45,949 nucleotides of DNA from Myxococcota bacterium (GTDB taxonomy: Bacteria > Myxococcota_A > Polyangia > Polyangiales > Sandaracinaceae). The number at the start of each line of letters is the position of its first letter. Within the stretch, counting starts at the first letter, position 1. Location of the stretch: positions 1-45,949 of the forward strand of contig JAYZQJ010000186.1 of assembly GCA_036149055.1 (NCBI GenBank), in the 5' to 3' direction. Shown piece by piece: positions 18,568-32,269 of the stretch. Under the pieces are notes generated by a model, which saw nothing but the letters and a program-made list of their open reading frames with translations, did not search any database and was not told where the DNA came from. Made by a program: the position numbers and the translations under genes.

Positions 18568-19911
18568 ATGCGTGCTCGTGTGGCTTGGTTCTCGGTTGCG
18601 CTCCTCCTGGCCGCCTGCGACTCGTCGGGGGGCGACGACGCCGGGCCGGGCGCGGACACGGGGGTGGACGTGGACGCCACGGCGGGGTCGGACGGCGGCG
18701 GTGGCGTCGTCGCGCTGCTCGACGAGGCGTTGCCCTGCTCGCCCGGGCCGAGCTCGGGCGTCGACGAGGGGACCGACCTGGTGCGGGTCACCCTCACGGA
18801 CCCCGACGCGGTGTGCAACGACGGCAGCCCTGCGGTGATCTACGTGCGCCCCGCGGGCGACGCGGCCGCGGAGGACCGCTGGGTGTTCCACCTCCAGGGG
18901 GGCGGAGGCTGCGGCGGCACGAACTGCGCGGCCCGCTGGTGTGGGCGCAACGCCAAGATGACGACCCGCGGCGCGCCGAACGCGATGCGGGCCTCCGGCA
19001 TCATGCGCCGCGACCCGGGGAACCGGCTCGGCGACGCCAACCAGGTGTTCCTCTACTACTGCAGCTCGGACAACTGGGCGGGGCGCGCGGCGGACGCGGT
19101 CATCCCGGCCGAGGGCGACACCCCCGCCTTCCGGCTCCACTTCCGCGGCGACGCGATCGTCGACGCCGCCCTGGCCGCCCTCGAGGCGGGGGTCACCAGC
19201 GACGACGGCGCGGTGACGATGCCGCGCCTGGGCGGCGGCGGCTCCGCCCTCTGGACCGGGACCTCGGGCGGCTGCCTGGGCGTGGTGAACACCGGCGACC
19301 GCTTCGCCGTGCGCATGCGCGACCTGGGCGTCGCTCCCGCGCTCGTCTGCGACGCCAACTTCGGGCCCACCGAGGAGGGGCTGCCGGCGGGCGCCGCGCT
19401 GGACGCCCACTTCGCCTCCGTGCAGGCCCGCCACGAGCTCTTCGTGCGCCACGCGAACCCGAACCTCGACGCGAGCTGCGTGGCAATGCACCCCACCGAC
19501 CCGTGGCGCTGCGCGTGGGGAGGCTACGTGATGGCCAACCACATCACCGAGGCGCCGCTCTTCATCCGCATGGCGCTCGCCGACCGAGCGATCCGGGCCG
19601 GCTACCTCGAGTCGGGCTTCACCATCACGGAGTTCGCCGAGGGCGTCCGGACCGGGCTCCTCGGCGCCGCCGCCGGCGGAGGCCTCGAGACTCCACCGCG
19701 CCCTATCGGCGTCTACGGCCCCGGCTGCGAGCAGCACGTCGGCCTGACGAACAGCGACTGGTTCTTCGACGCAACCGTCACCGAGGCGGGCGCCGAGGTG
19801 TCCTTCCACGACGCGCTGGTCGCGTGGCTCGGCGGCGCCGACGTCTCGGTCGTCGACACCGTGCCGCCGACGCGATCCACCTGCGCGGCCCTGACCGACG
19901 AGACCGACTGA
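18568..19911 (+). CDS. Pectin acetylesterase/Notum-family lipoprotein (alpha/beta hydrolase)
   Basis: Lipobox LAAC; CNDGSP, HLQGGGGC, YYCSSD.W.G, nucleophile GTSGG, C.QH. Confidence 0.82.
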   Translation: MRARVAWFSVALLLAACDSSGGDDAGPGADTGVDVDATAGSDGGGGVVALLDEALPCSPGPSSGVDEGTDLVRVTLTDPDAVCNDGSPAVIYVRPAGDAAAEDRWVFHLQGGGGCGGTNCAARWCGRNAKMTTRGAPNAMRASGIMRRDPGNRLGDANQVFLYYCSSDNWAGRAADAVIPAEGDTPAFRLHFRGDAIVDAALAALEAGVTSDDGAVTMPRLGGGGSALWTGTSGGCLGVVNTGDRFAVRMRDLGVAPALVCDANFGPTEEGLPAGAALDAHFASVQARHELFVRHANPNLDASCVAMHPTDPWRCAWGGYVMANHITEAPLFIRMALADRAIRAGYLESGFTITEFAEGVRTGLLGAAAGGGLETPPRPIGVYGPGCEQHVGLTNSDWFFDATVTEAGAEVSFHDALVAWLGGADVSVVDTVPPTRSTCAALTDETD

Positions 19912-19953
19912 GGCGCCCTCGAGACGCGCTCGCGGCGCGGGCTCTGCTCGCGG

Positions 19954-19981
19954 TTGACAGGCTGATCGCGCTGAGTATAGT
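19954..19981 (+). promoter_or_regulatory. Sigma-70 promoter of the tRNA-fMet pair
   Basis: TTGACA-N16-TATAGT plus GC-rich discriminator; same architecture as the promoter at 16595. Confidence 0.8.
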
Positions 19982-19994
19982 CCGCCTCCTCTGC

Positions 19995-20068
<74 letters not shown>

Positions 20069-20099
20069 TCCCTGTCCTGAAAATCGAAACATACCCTGT

Positions 20100-20173
<74 letters not shown>

Positions 20174-20175
20174 AT

Positions 20176-20214
20176 CAGAAGGCCAGGTCCTCCGGGACCT
20201 GGCCTTCTGCGTTT
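20176..20214 (+). terminator. Intrinsic terminator after the tRNA pair
   Basis: CAGAAGGCCAGGTCC-tccg-GGACCTGGCCTTCTG perfect 15-bp stem then CGTTT. Confidence 0.8.
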
Positions 20215-20438
20215 CGGCGAGTCTGCCGGTCGGAGGTTCCGGGATGGGCGAGCCCGGTTGAAGCGAGCCCGGCACGGGCCGCGACACGGCACGCATCTCC
20301 GCCCGCGCATCCACGCCTTCGATGCTCGGTCACATCTGGATGCGTGATAGCCGATCTCATCGTGCGTTCGAGGCCGGCCAAGTAACCTCCGCGGGCAAAG
20401 CTGGCTGCAGCGGTTCCCGTCTCGGTCCGGACCGCGCA

Positions 20439-22166
20439 CTACGGCTGCCGCACTGCGAGCTCGATGAGGCTGTCGAGGTTGGCCATCCACGTCTCCTCTG
20501 CGCCCACCGCGGCTTCCACGACATCCATCGCATCCTGCGGGAGCTTGCCGTGGGTTGAGATGCCACGCATCACCTGCCGCAGTTGACTCGGTACCAACGG
20601 CCCGGAGTTCAAAGCATCCAGCTCATCGAGAATATCCACGATCTCGATGGCCCGTTCCACCATCTCGCGTGTCTTCTTCTTGAGCCTGAGGTCCATCTCG
20701 ACCCCGAGCCGCTCCTGAACGGCGGCAGTCAGCATCTCGAGGGTCTTGGTCGATGCATCCTTGAGGAGCTCTCCGAGTTCTGCGGCTACCTTCCGCTTGG
20801 TGCCGTCGTCTGGAAGGTGGTGGTTCAGGAACGACTCCAGCGGCTCGCGGATCTCCTCGAATTGGTCAGCCGCCTCGATCACCTCCACCAGCTCGAACAC
20901 GCGAGCCCAAGTCCTCAGCTCACGCTGCTCGCTTCGCTCGATGAGCAACCGGGCCACCTCGACAACGGGCGTCGATATCTCCGTATAGAGTTCAGATACG
21001 TAAGCGAGGTCGTGGAGCACTTCCTTCCAGCGCAGCTCGGGATCTTCGATGCGACCGGAGTGTGAGAAGCGGTTGCGCTCGATCGGTAGGAGGTACTCGA
21101 AGTAGTCGAGATTCTGCTCGTGCACCTCGGCGTACTCCCGGATGAAGCGAACCTTGTCAGGGAGGGCTTGCCGGGGCTTCTTCCGTGCCGGCGCCGCGAG
21201 CTGTCCCATTTCGGCGAAGAGCCCCTCGATCTGGGGAAGTGCCAGCGCGTATGCGCCCTGCCAATGTTGTGCGGCCCATAGCGCCCGAAGCTCGGTGAAC
21301 GTCGGCTGCCGTTGACCGAGGCGTGGGATCTGTCGTGAGGCTCTGTCGATTCCGTCGAAGAGCTCTTCCGGGGGCCTGTCCTTCTCAAGCTCCCGATAGA
21401 ATCCCTCTGTGTCGCCCGTCTCATATAGCTCTCCAAGCTCGCGACCACGCTTGATCGGCAGCGGACGTAGGCGGTGACGCCAGCGATTGATCTTCCGGAA
21501 GTCGAAGTAGGCTGCCGCTCGCGGCAAACGCCAGCGATAAGGAGGCTCCTCGGCGAAGATGGACACGAGGCTTGCGAACGCCCGCCTAACTACGTCGTCG
21601 TCGTCCGATCGACGGAGAGCCTCGTCGTCGATGCTGAGAGCTTCGCCGGCCCCGGTTCGGCCCGTGACATATCGCGCAATGGACGCACGCTCCTTGGTGC
21701 AGCGAAGGTAGAAGTCCACCCGCATCCGCGCTTCGTGGCTTCGGACGCCTTCACCCCGGAGCCAAGCCGCAACCGCCGGAAGGGCTTCGTAGAAGTCGAT
21801 CAGCTCTTCGACTTTCTCGAGGTCGCTCAGGGCGTCCGCGAGGAGCTCGGCACGCTTCTCCTGGGGCCGCGTCTTGAACCCGAGCACACGTCGAACGAAC
21901 TGGCGGCTGCGGGGCATCGGAGGTGGATCCACCATGTTGGTTTCGAGCCGTTCGAGGACCGCCTCTGCAAAGGCCTCTGACCCTGCTGGCACATCCGTCT
22001 CAAAGTGCTCGCGCGAGAGAATGACGAGCTCTTCGTCGGACCGCGCAGCAAGTAGGGCCGCGGTGCCGATGCGGGACCGCAGCTCTCGGCGGAGTTCGTA
22101 TTTGTCGAACTCCTGGTCGTCGCCAAGCTGCGCGAGCGCGATGTCAGTCCGCCCCGGGTCGGTCAT
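20439..22166 (-). CDS. HEPN-domain protein (putative RNase effector); alternative start 22196
   Basis: AYALALPQIEGLF helix and Rx4H motif RNRFSH; rest is alpha-helical and unrecognised. Confidence 0.6.
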   Translation of the reverse strand: MTDPGRTDIALAQLGDDQEFDKYELRRELRSRIGTAALLAARSDEELVILSREHFETDVPAGSEAFAEAVLERLETNMVDPPPMPRSRQFVRRVLGFKTRPQEKRAELLADALSDLEKVEELIDFYEALPAVAAWLRGEGVRSHEARMRVDFYLRCTKERASIARYVTGRTGAGEALSIDDEALRRSDDDDVVRRAFASLVSIFAEEPPYRWRLPRAAAYFDFRKINRWRHRLRPLPIKRGRELGELYETGDTEGFYRELEKDRPPEELFDGIDRASRQIPRLGQRQPTFTELRALWAAQHWQGAYALALPQIEGLFAEMGQLAAPARKKPRQALPDKVRFIREYAEVHEQNLDYFEYLLPIERNRFSHSGRIEDPELRWKEVLHDLAYVSELYTEISTPVVEVARLLIERSEQRELRTWARVFELVEVIEAADQFEEIREPLESFLNHHLPDDGTKRKVAAELGELLKDASTKTLEMLTAAVQERLGVEMDLRLKKKTREMVERAIEIVDILDELDALNSGPLVPSQLRQVMRGISTHGKLPQDAMDVVEAAVGAEETWMANLDSLIELAVRQP

Positions 22167-22229
22167 CGGTCTTGTCCCGACCGGTCTCGTCTCCACGGAC
22201 TCGGACCATGAGGCGACCGGCCGCGCGAG

Positions 22230-23201
22230 CTAACCCCCATCGACCCACCACCCCGTGCGCACGCCGGACCAGGCTTGGCCCGCTTCGACGACGATTCCAT
22301 CCGCCCGAAAATCCCACTCCCCGGCCTTCTCGTTTGCGAGCTCGCGTGCACCGCCCCAGTCCTCCTCAAGAAGCAAACGCATCACTTCTGGATGCACCCC
22401 GACTCGGACGTCTGCTTCCTCGATCGGTTCGCGCTCCCCATCGAGGACTCGGTCTACAGCGCCTTCCCGCGACCGAAGGAGACCAAGTACCGGACCGTAG
22501 TACTGCTTCCAGGCATCCCCGGGCACGGTCAGCCGGATCGGCTCTGGCTCGTTCTCGTCCGGCTCCGGATCTTCCCAAGCAAAGTGCAGCAAGTGGTCCG
22601 CAAAGTAGGTGAAGGTGGCGATGTGATATCGCGGCTTCTTCCCTCCAATGGACTTGATCCTCTTCGCCTGGCGCTTCGCCTTGTCGGTTGTCTCGGTGTC
22701 GGGCCTCGCAGATCGCCCCTTGCACTCAACGGCAATCCACTGGCCCGCGGCGTCTTCGCCAACGAGGTCGGGTCGTGACCGCTCCGTCAGCACGGCTGCG
22801 ACCTGGTCCTTGAACACGTCAAGGTGGAGCAGCCAGGGCACCTTTAGCAGCTCGGACGCAAACAGCTTGGCGAAGGTCATGCCGAGGAAGTAGCTGATGG
22901 CCCCCTTTTCCGTCGGGTCGAGCGACCGCACTGCTGCCGTGCGGCGAAGACGGCTGGCCCCGTGCCCTCGTCCTTCGAGGGCCATTCTGACCGCGGACCA
23001 TCGGAAGAGCGCTTCGTATGCGGAGGCGTCCTTGTGCTTGAAGACGTAGGCTCGGCTTGGCCGCCCAACGGTCACCGCTGCCCAGAGGATGTCGTCCCAG
23101 CACGTAGGGAGGCTGCCCGGACCGTTGCGGATCGGGGACGACTTCTTGAAGCCGGCCGTTTCGTAGGGGACGCGAAGATTCTTGGGCGAAGGTGTGCTCA
23201 C
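22230..23201 (-). CDS. PD-(D/E)xK-family nuclease
   Basis: RPDLVG...WIAVECKG motif followed by AKRQAK helix; GTG start overlaps mcrC stop. Confidence 0.7.
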   Translation of the reverse strand: MSTPSPKNLRVPYETAGFKKSSPIRNGPGSLPTCWDDILWAAVTVGRPSRAYVFKHKDASAYEALFRWSAVRMALEGRGHGASRLRRTAAVRSLDPTEKGAISYFLGMTFAKLFASELLKVPWLLHLDVFKDQVAAVLTERSRPDLVGEDAAGQWIAVECKGRSARPDTETTDKAKRQAKRIKSIGGKKPRYHIATFTYFADHLLHFAWEDPEPDENEPEPIRLTVPGDAWKQYYGPVLGLLRSREGAVDRVLDGEREPIEEADVRVGVHPEVMRLLLEEDWGGARELANEKAGEWDFRADGIVVEAGQAWSGVRTGWWVDGG

Positions 23202-24517
23202 GGCCTCCTCCCGACCTGGTCACCCAGCGCCAGCTCTCGTGCGTACTGGGTCCGCGCGATGCGCGCGTGCTCCCCTACGTCGTCCAGGAGGCCAACCAGG
23301 CGTGCGAGGACGACGGGTCTCAACGCGACGTAGCCAGTGGCCGCTTGGGTCAGGGGATCACGGATCTCGATCCGAGCTGCCTTGGCGCCGCGATCCGTGG
23401 TGGGGAAGAGGATGGCTGCGGTTGACCGGCGGGGTTGGCTCAGTGCGTACACCGCGAGCTGGTAGAGCATTTCCCGCGGCAGCGACCGCTCCCACAGGTC
23501 GCGATACTTGGCGTCGAGGAGGGCGACGATCCTGCCGTGGTCGCGGATGGCATAGTCCGGTCGGGGGGTGGGATCGCGGCGTCGCTTCGGGTTGTGCCCC
23601 GGCACGTAGCGCATCATCGACGTGAGGCCGTGCTCGGACTCGACCCGCATCGGTCCCAGGTTCTCGCGCAGGAAGCGGTCGAGGACCCGTTGCCAGAACG
23701 CGTTCATGTCGAAGAGGAAGCCGCGCAGCGCTTGACCCTCCGGGGGCGCGCTAAGGTCGAGGAGCGTCGCCTCGTAGAGCGCCCCGATCAGGTGCAGGAT
23801 CGATGTGTAGGCGTCTGTCAGTCGATTGATGCTTCTGCCCGCCCGCTGGAGCAGCTTCGCCGACAGCGGCACCGGAGAGACCATCGAGGAGAAGACGGCG
23901 TGCTGATGGGCCAGCGTCGCACGGAGCCGGCGGTCGCTCGCCATGGACATCGCGAGGCTCAGCCCCGCGACGAGCACCTGGTTAAGCAGGTTGTCGCTCG
24001 ACCGAGGATGGTGCGTACAGGGGAGGTCTGCCCGAATCATGCCGCCACGCCGCGCGAGCTCGCCGAACCGCACCTGCCCGCGCGGACTCGCCAACGGCTC
24101 GGCGGTGCGGACGTAGGTCCGAGCCACCCCGCGCTCGATCAGCTCGCGCACCTCGGCGTGAAGCTGTGCGATGAGAAGATCGGCGAAGAGCGCGCCTGAC
24201 GTCGCGTAGCCCACGCGGTCAAACTGCATCGCGTGTCGAAGACCGAAGGCATAGCGAAACAGCGAGAGGAGCTCGGCCTGCCCGAGCTTGGGCTGGATCG
24301 TGATCGTGATCTCGCCGAGCCGGATCCGCCCGACATGCGAGCGAGCTCCGGCGTGTAGCCCGTCGTGCATCTCCGCGAGCTCCAGCTTCCCCGTCTTGGA
24401 TAGCCGGCTAGCGAGAGCACGGTCGTCGGAGTCCGCGAACCGAAACCCGGCGAGGCCGGGCTCGCGGCTTGGGGTTCGTGTCTCCCACTCCCGAAGAACG
24501 ACGGTCCGGTCAGGCAC
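23198..24517 (-). CDS. mcrC: McrC-family restriction endonuclease subunit
   Basis: HVGRI..GEITITIQPK, PRGQV, DNLLNQ, FLFDMN..WQ, RPD...LLDAKY, LYQLAVYA; GTG start overlaps mcrB stop. Confidence 0.88.
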   Translation of the reverse strand: MPDRTVVLREWETRTPSREPGLAGFRFADSDDRALASRLSKTGKLELAEMHDGLHAGARSHVGRIRLGEITITIQPKLGQAELLSLFRYAFGLRHAMQFDRVGYATSGALFADLLIAQLHAEVRELIERGVARTYVRTAEPLASPRGQVRFGELARRGGMIRADLPCTHHPRSSDNLLNQVLVAGLSLAMSMASDRRLRATLAHQHAVFSSMVSPVPLSAKLLQRAGRSINRLTDAYTSILHLIGALYEATLLDLSAPPEGQALRGFLFDMNAFWQRVLDRFLRENLGPMRVESEHGLTSMMRYVPGHNPKRRRDPTPRPDYAIRDHGRIVALLDAKYRDLWERSLPREMLYQLAVYALSQPRRSTAAILFPTTDRGAKAARIEIRDPLTQAATGYVALRPVVLARLVGLLDDVGEHARIARTQYARELALGDQVGRRP

Positions 24518-27161
24518 TCGCGTCGTCCTCCTCGTCCTCGCCGGCCTCCTCGTCTCCGCTGAGGTCCTCCTCCACGTCAGCGTCGGCCGCGGCTGACGTG
24601 GTGGTGATGCCTTCGAAGGCCGTGAGCAACGCGCCGAACAAGTCTGCGCGGCGGGAAGGCTCGAAGAGGGTCTCGTCGATCGCCTTTCGCTCGACCCGGA
24701 CCAGCCGCGATCCGAGGATCTGCTCCAGCGACTCGAAGTCGTCGTAGCAGTACTCCTGGAGCAGCGGAACAACGTCGTCCCGCAAGACCTCAACGAAGCG
24801 CCCGGCGTCGGCGATCGGCAGCCCCCCCGACATCAGGTAGGAGTGGCCAACTTGCAGGTTTCGCGAATCTCGGCCGGCGTGGCGAACGACTCGCCGGTTG
24901 AGCTCTTCGAGCCACGCCCCGATGGGGAGCCCCTCGATGCTCACGCCTTGAAGGACGCGGGCGTCCGGCATGAGCTCGATGAAAGCGAACCGACGCCGAA
25001 GCGCGGCATCGAGCAGCGCGATCGATCGATCGGCGGTGTTCATCGTCCCGACGAGGAAGACGTTGGGCGGGACGGTGAAACGTCGTCCCGTGGTGGGCAG
25101 GACGACGGGGCTCCCGCGCTTGTCCTTCTCCAGCACCGTGAGCAGTTCGCCAAAGATACGTGGGATGTCGCCCCGGTTGATCTCGTCGACGAGCACGAAG
25201 TGGTGCCGCTCCGGCTGCGCTTCTGCACGCGCGCACACCTGGGCGAAGATCCCGTCACGGGGGACGAACGTGAGGTTGCCGTCGGCGACCTCCGGCCGAT
25301 AACCAACGAGGAAGTCCTCGTACCCGTAGGCTGGGTGGAAGGTGCAATGCGAGATCGCGCCCTCCACTTCCAGACGGCGCGCTTCCTCGTCGGTCAGGTC
25401 TTGGTGGCTCTTGCCGTACCAGGAGCGCGCTGCGAGCTCGTTCATCGCGCGCGCGGCCCAGTAGGTCTTCCCCGTGCCGGGGGGGCCGTACAGGATGACC
25501 TGTCCTTTGCGAGCGAGCGCCGACTGGATGCGCCCGAGCAGTCCCTGGAGGGCCTGCGCAGGTGCGCTCCGAACTGGCCCCGACGTAGTCGTCGGCGCCT
25601 CCCCCTCCTCGCTTGCCGTATCCAGCCGGCGTGCGATCTCTACGAGGTTTCCGACGTGTCTTTTCAGCGGGACGAAGGTCGTTCGCAAGCCTTCCGCCTT
25701 CGGCAACCTCCACTCCTCCACGGAGCGCCACCGCACCGGCTGTCGATGAGCAAACGGTCCGTCCCCGGCCTCGAAGTAGTACTCGCCGGTGGCCTCACCG
25801 ATCCCGAGCACCCGGCCTCCGTCCATCGCGACGATCGTGTCGCCCGGAACAACCCGAGTCGCAAAAGCAAAGAGCTGGTTCGCCGCCTTCGTCAGCACGC
25901 CGGGCTTGTTCGGGTAGTGCTTCTCGATCAGGCCCCGAACGTGGTCCTTGCCGGCGCGGTTGCGCTCGACCGCGCTGATGTCGCCGGTGTTGCTCCAACC
26001 GATCGCCGCGAAGCCCCCCGCGCGCATGCGAGGCCACTCCGAATCGCCCCGGTCGCCCACGGACGTGCCGACCCGCCAGGTGCGGCGCGGCTCGCCGTTT
26101 CGCATGTTGAGCGTCGTGCCAAGATGCGTGATCGGTATCCCGAGCTGCCGGGCGATCGCAGCAAAGAAGCGCGCGTTCTCGTACCGGCCCTCGGCGGGTA
26201 GCTTGTGCAGTCGGATGAGGTGGAACTTCTGGTAGTCGACGTTGTGGTAGTCGTCGAGAAGGTCCGGGAAGAGGAGCGAGAAATACTTGTGCCCCCAGGC
26301 ACCCTCGGCCAGATCGGGCGCCGCCGCGACCATCCGCCCCTGCATCTCCTTGTAGTCCGCCGTCTCCGGGTCGTACTCGGCGAGGACTTCGGCTCCCGCG
26401 ACGAGCTGAGCGCGCTGCCCCTCGACGAGCTGAACGGCTTCCTTCAGCGAGAGACGGCGTTGCGACATCGGGTGCCCGGTCATCCAGTGGCCGGTCTCCG
26501 TGTTCTGGTAGATGCCGAACTTGAGCGCGCTGCCCCCGGCGATGCTGCCAAACACGCCGGGCATGTCCTCGTCGTTCTTGAACTCCAGCCAGTACACGAG
26601 GCTGTCCTTCGTGCCGCGCCCATGCATGAGCTCCAGGAGGCTCTCGCCGCTGGCCTGGCGGAGTGCGTCGGGTCCAAAGCGCGCGCGGAAGCGCGCGTAG
26701 CAAGCTCTGAGCGCATCGCCAGTCGGGTGTTTCCGGTCTTCGATGGCACGCGGGTAGATGGCGAGCAGCTCCTCCACAAGCGCGTCGGGAATCTCCTCCG
26801 AGAGCGAGTCGGCGTCAGCCCCGCCCGTCACGAGTCGCACGACCTCCGTAGAGTCGACGGGGCCGGAGGCGCGCCCCTTGTCCGTTGCCTGCCACGATCC
26901 GCGCTCGGGGTTGTCGATAAGGCCGACCTTCTTCAGGTAGGTGCGAGCCCAAGCGAGCCGATAGAACACCTCCGGCTTCGGGTTCTTCTCCGGGTCGTGC
27001 GGGACCGCGATGACCTCATCGCTCAAGCCCATGTGCGTCGCGACGGCCGCGTCGAGGTCCTCGTTGGTCAGCGCCTCCGAAGTTCCGGAGAGCACAGCGA
27101 GGCACGGGTTCATGAACTTGCGGAAGTCGGGGACGACTGGATTCGCTGGGCTGTCGGTCAT
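24510..27161 (-). CDS. mcrB: McrB-family AAA+ GTPase with N-terminal Mrr_N and further recognition domains
   Basis: Walker A GPPGTGKT, FHPAYGYEDF, Walker B DEINRG, MNTADRS, LRRRF; N-terminal Mrr_N-like LAWARTYLKK.GLI..P.RG.W. Confidence 0.92.
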   Translation of the reverse strand: MTDSPANPVVPDFRKFMNPCLAVLSGTSEALTNEDLDAAVATHMGLSDEVIAVPHDPEKNPKPEVFYRLAWARTYLKKVGLIDNPERGSWQATDKGRASGPVDSTEVVRLVTGGADADSLSEEIPDALVEELLAIYPRAIEDRKHPTGDALRACYARFRARFGPDALRQASGESLLELMHGRGTKDSLVYWLEFKNDEDMPGVFGSIAGGSALKFGIYQNTETGHWMTGHPMSQRRLSLKEAVQLVEGQRAQLVAGAEVLAEYDPETADYKEMQGRMVAAAPDLAEGAWGHKYFSLLFPDLLDDYHNVDYQKFHLIRLHKLPAEGRYENARFFAAIARQLGIPITHLGTTLNMRNGEPRRTWRVGTSVGDRGDSEWPRMRAGGFAAIGWSNTGDISAVERNRAGKDHVRGLIEKHYPNKPGVLTKAANQLFAFATRVVPGDTIVAMDGGRVLGIGEATGEYYFEAGDGPFAHRQPVRWRSVEEWRLPKAEGLRTTFVPLKRHVGNLVEIARRLDTASEEGEAPTTTSGPVRSAPAQALQGLLGRIQSALARKGQVILYGPPGTGKTYWAARAMNELAARSWYGKSHQDLTDEEARRLEVEGAISHCTFHPAYGYEDFLVGYRPEVADGNLTFVPRDGIFAQVCARAEAQPERHHFVLVDEINRGDIPRIFGELLTVLEKDKRGSPVVLPTTGRRFTVPPNVFLVGTMNTADRSIALLDAALRRRFAFIELMPDARVLQGVSIEGLPIGAWLEELNRRVVRHAGRDSRNLQVGHSYLMSGGLPIADAGRFVEVLRDDVVPLLQEYCYDDFESLEQILGSRLVRVERKAIDETLFEPSRRADLFGALLTAFEGITTTSAAADADVEEDLSGDEEAGEDEEDDASA

Positions 27162-27176
27162 GCACTCTCCCTGAGA

Positions 27177-28376
27177 TCAGAGGTCCTCGTCTCCGAGCCG
27201 CTGCTCGACGACCTTGCTCGTCATGCCTCTCACGAGGTCCGACATGTTGGTGAGCTGCAAGAGCTCCTTCGCGCGGGCACGGCCGAGCTTCACCACGAGC
27301 CGCGCGACGAGCTCGTCGAGGAAGCTGCTGCTCGGAGTGCGAACTCCCTGGAAGTCGAGAACCAGGGGCTCCTCCATTGATTCCAGGAGTGCTTCAACCC
27401 TTCGGCGCAGGGCCTTGGCGGGAAGCCGGCCGCGGGTGTGCTCGCACTCAGCGGCGATGTCGATGCCGCCGGCCTCTGAGACGCGCTCGGCCTGCTCGTC
27501 GAGATAGGTCCAGTCGCGCTCGCCGACGATCGTGGTGCGGAAGAGGTCGACCGGGTTCGCGGTACGGAACCGCAGCATGACGCCGGTGGCACCGATTTCG
27601 GGGAGCTTCGTGAAGCCCTTCTCCTTCCCGCGGTCGCAGGCGTAGTCGACGTCGCCCGTCCAAAGGTGGAACTCCCCCTTGTTCGCCTGGATGATCTCCA
27701 ACGAGCCAGCCAGGCCGTTGCCCTGACCGACGTCGGGGTCGCGCGTGACGCCGGCTTTGAGCGCCTTGGTGACAGCATCGCCGTGGCTCCATAGGTCGAA
27801 CCGGGTGGAGAGGGACTCCTTGATGCCGCGGCCCATGTCACAGATGCCGATGTCGATGCGCGCCTTCTGGGGGTAGTACTGGGCGCACACGACGCCTGGG
27901 GTCTTGGCGGCAGCGTGGATGCGGATGTTGTCCGTGACCTCGTTCGCGGCCCATTCGACGGCGGGAAGGAACTCGCGGGCGTTGTCGAACTGGCGAAGGA
28001 TCAGCTCGCAGATAGCGTCGACGGCTTCTTTCACGCCCGAGCCGTCTCCCTGAACGAGCTTGAGGGCGATGAAGCGGCCGGTCTCGGGATGGCGCCGGAA
28101 GGTCTCCTTGAACGGGATCTCCAGGTGCTCGAACAGGTCCATGCGTGCCAGGTAGCGCAGCGTGTCCTTGTCGCCGACCGCGCGAAAGGTCACCCCACGG
28201 TCGCGCTGGCGCAGCCCCCAAGCGGCAAGCAGCGCGAGCGCCGAGGAGTGGATGAAGGCCCCTCGTGGCACCTGAAGCGAAAATCGCTTGGTCTCGGTTT
28301 CCTCGTGTTGTGCGACGTGAATCGCCGCGGCAAGTTTCTGATGGGTACAGCCCTGCGGAAGCGGGAGCGCGACCAC
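27177..28376 (-). CDS. STAS-like / GHKL ATPase (anti-sigma kinase type) / DUF4325 STAS-like fusion
   Basis: N-box NEVTDNIRIHA, G1 DMGRGI, G2 GQGNGL; N-terminal FIHSSALALL; C-terminal LVLDFQGVRTPSSSFLDEL. Confidence 0.8.
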   Translation of the reverse strand: MVALPLPQGCTHQKLAAAIHVAQHEETETKRFSLQVPRGAFIHSSALALLAAWGLRQRDRGVTFRAVGDKDTLRYLARMDLFEHLEIPFKETFRRHPETGRFIALKLVQGDGSGVKEAVDAICELILRQFDNAREFLPAVEWAANEVTDNIRIHAAAKTPGVVCAQYYPQKARIDIGICDMGRGIKESLSTRFDLWSHGDAVTKALKAGVTRDPDVGQGNGLAGSLEIIQANKGEFHLWTGDVDYACDRGKEKGFTKLPEIGATGVMLRFRTANPVDLFRTTIVGERDWTYLDEQAERVSEAGGIDIAAECEHTRGRLPAKALRRRVEALLESMEEPLVLDFQGVRTPSSSFLDELVARLVVKLGRARAKELLQLTNMSDLVRGMTSKVVEQRLGDEDL

Positions 28377-28378
28377 GC

Positions 28379-32265
<3,887 letters not shown>

Positions 32266-32269
<4 letters not shown>

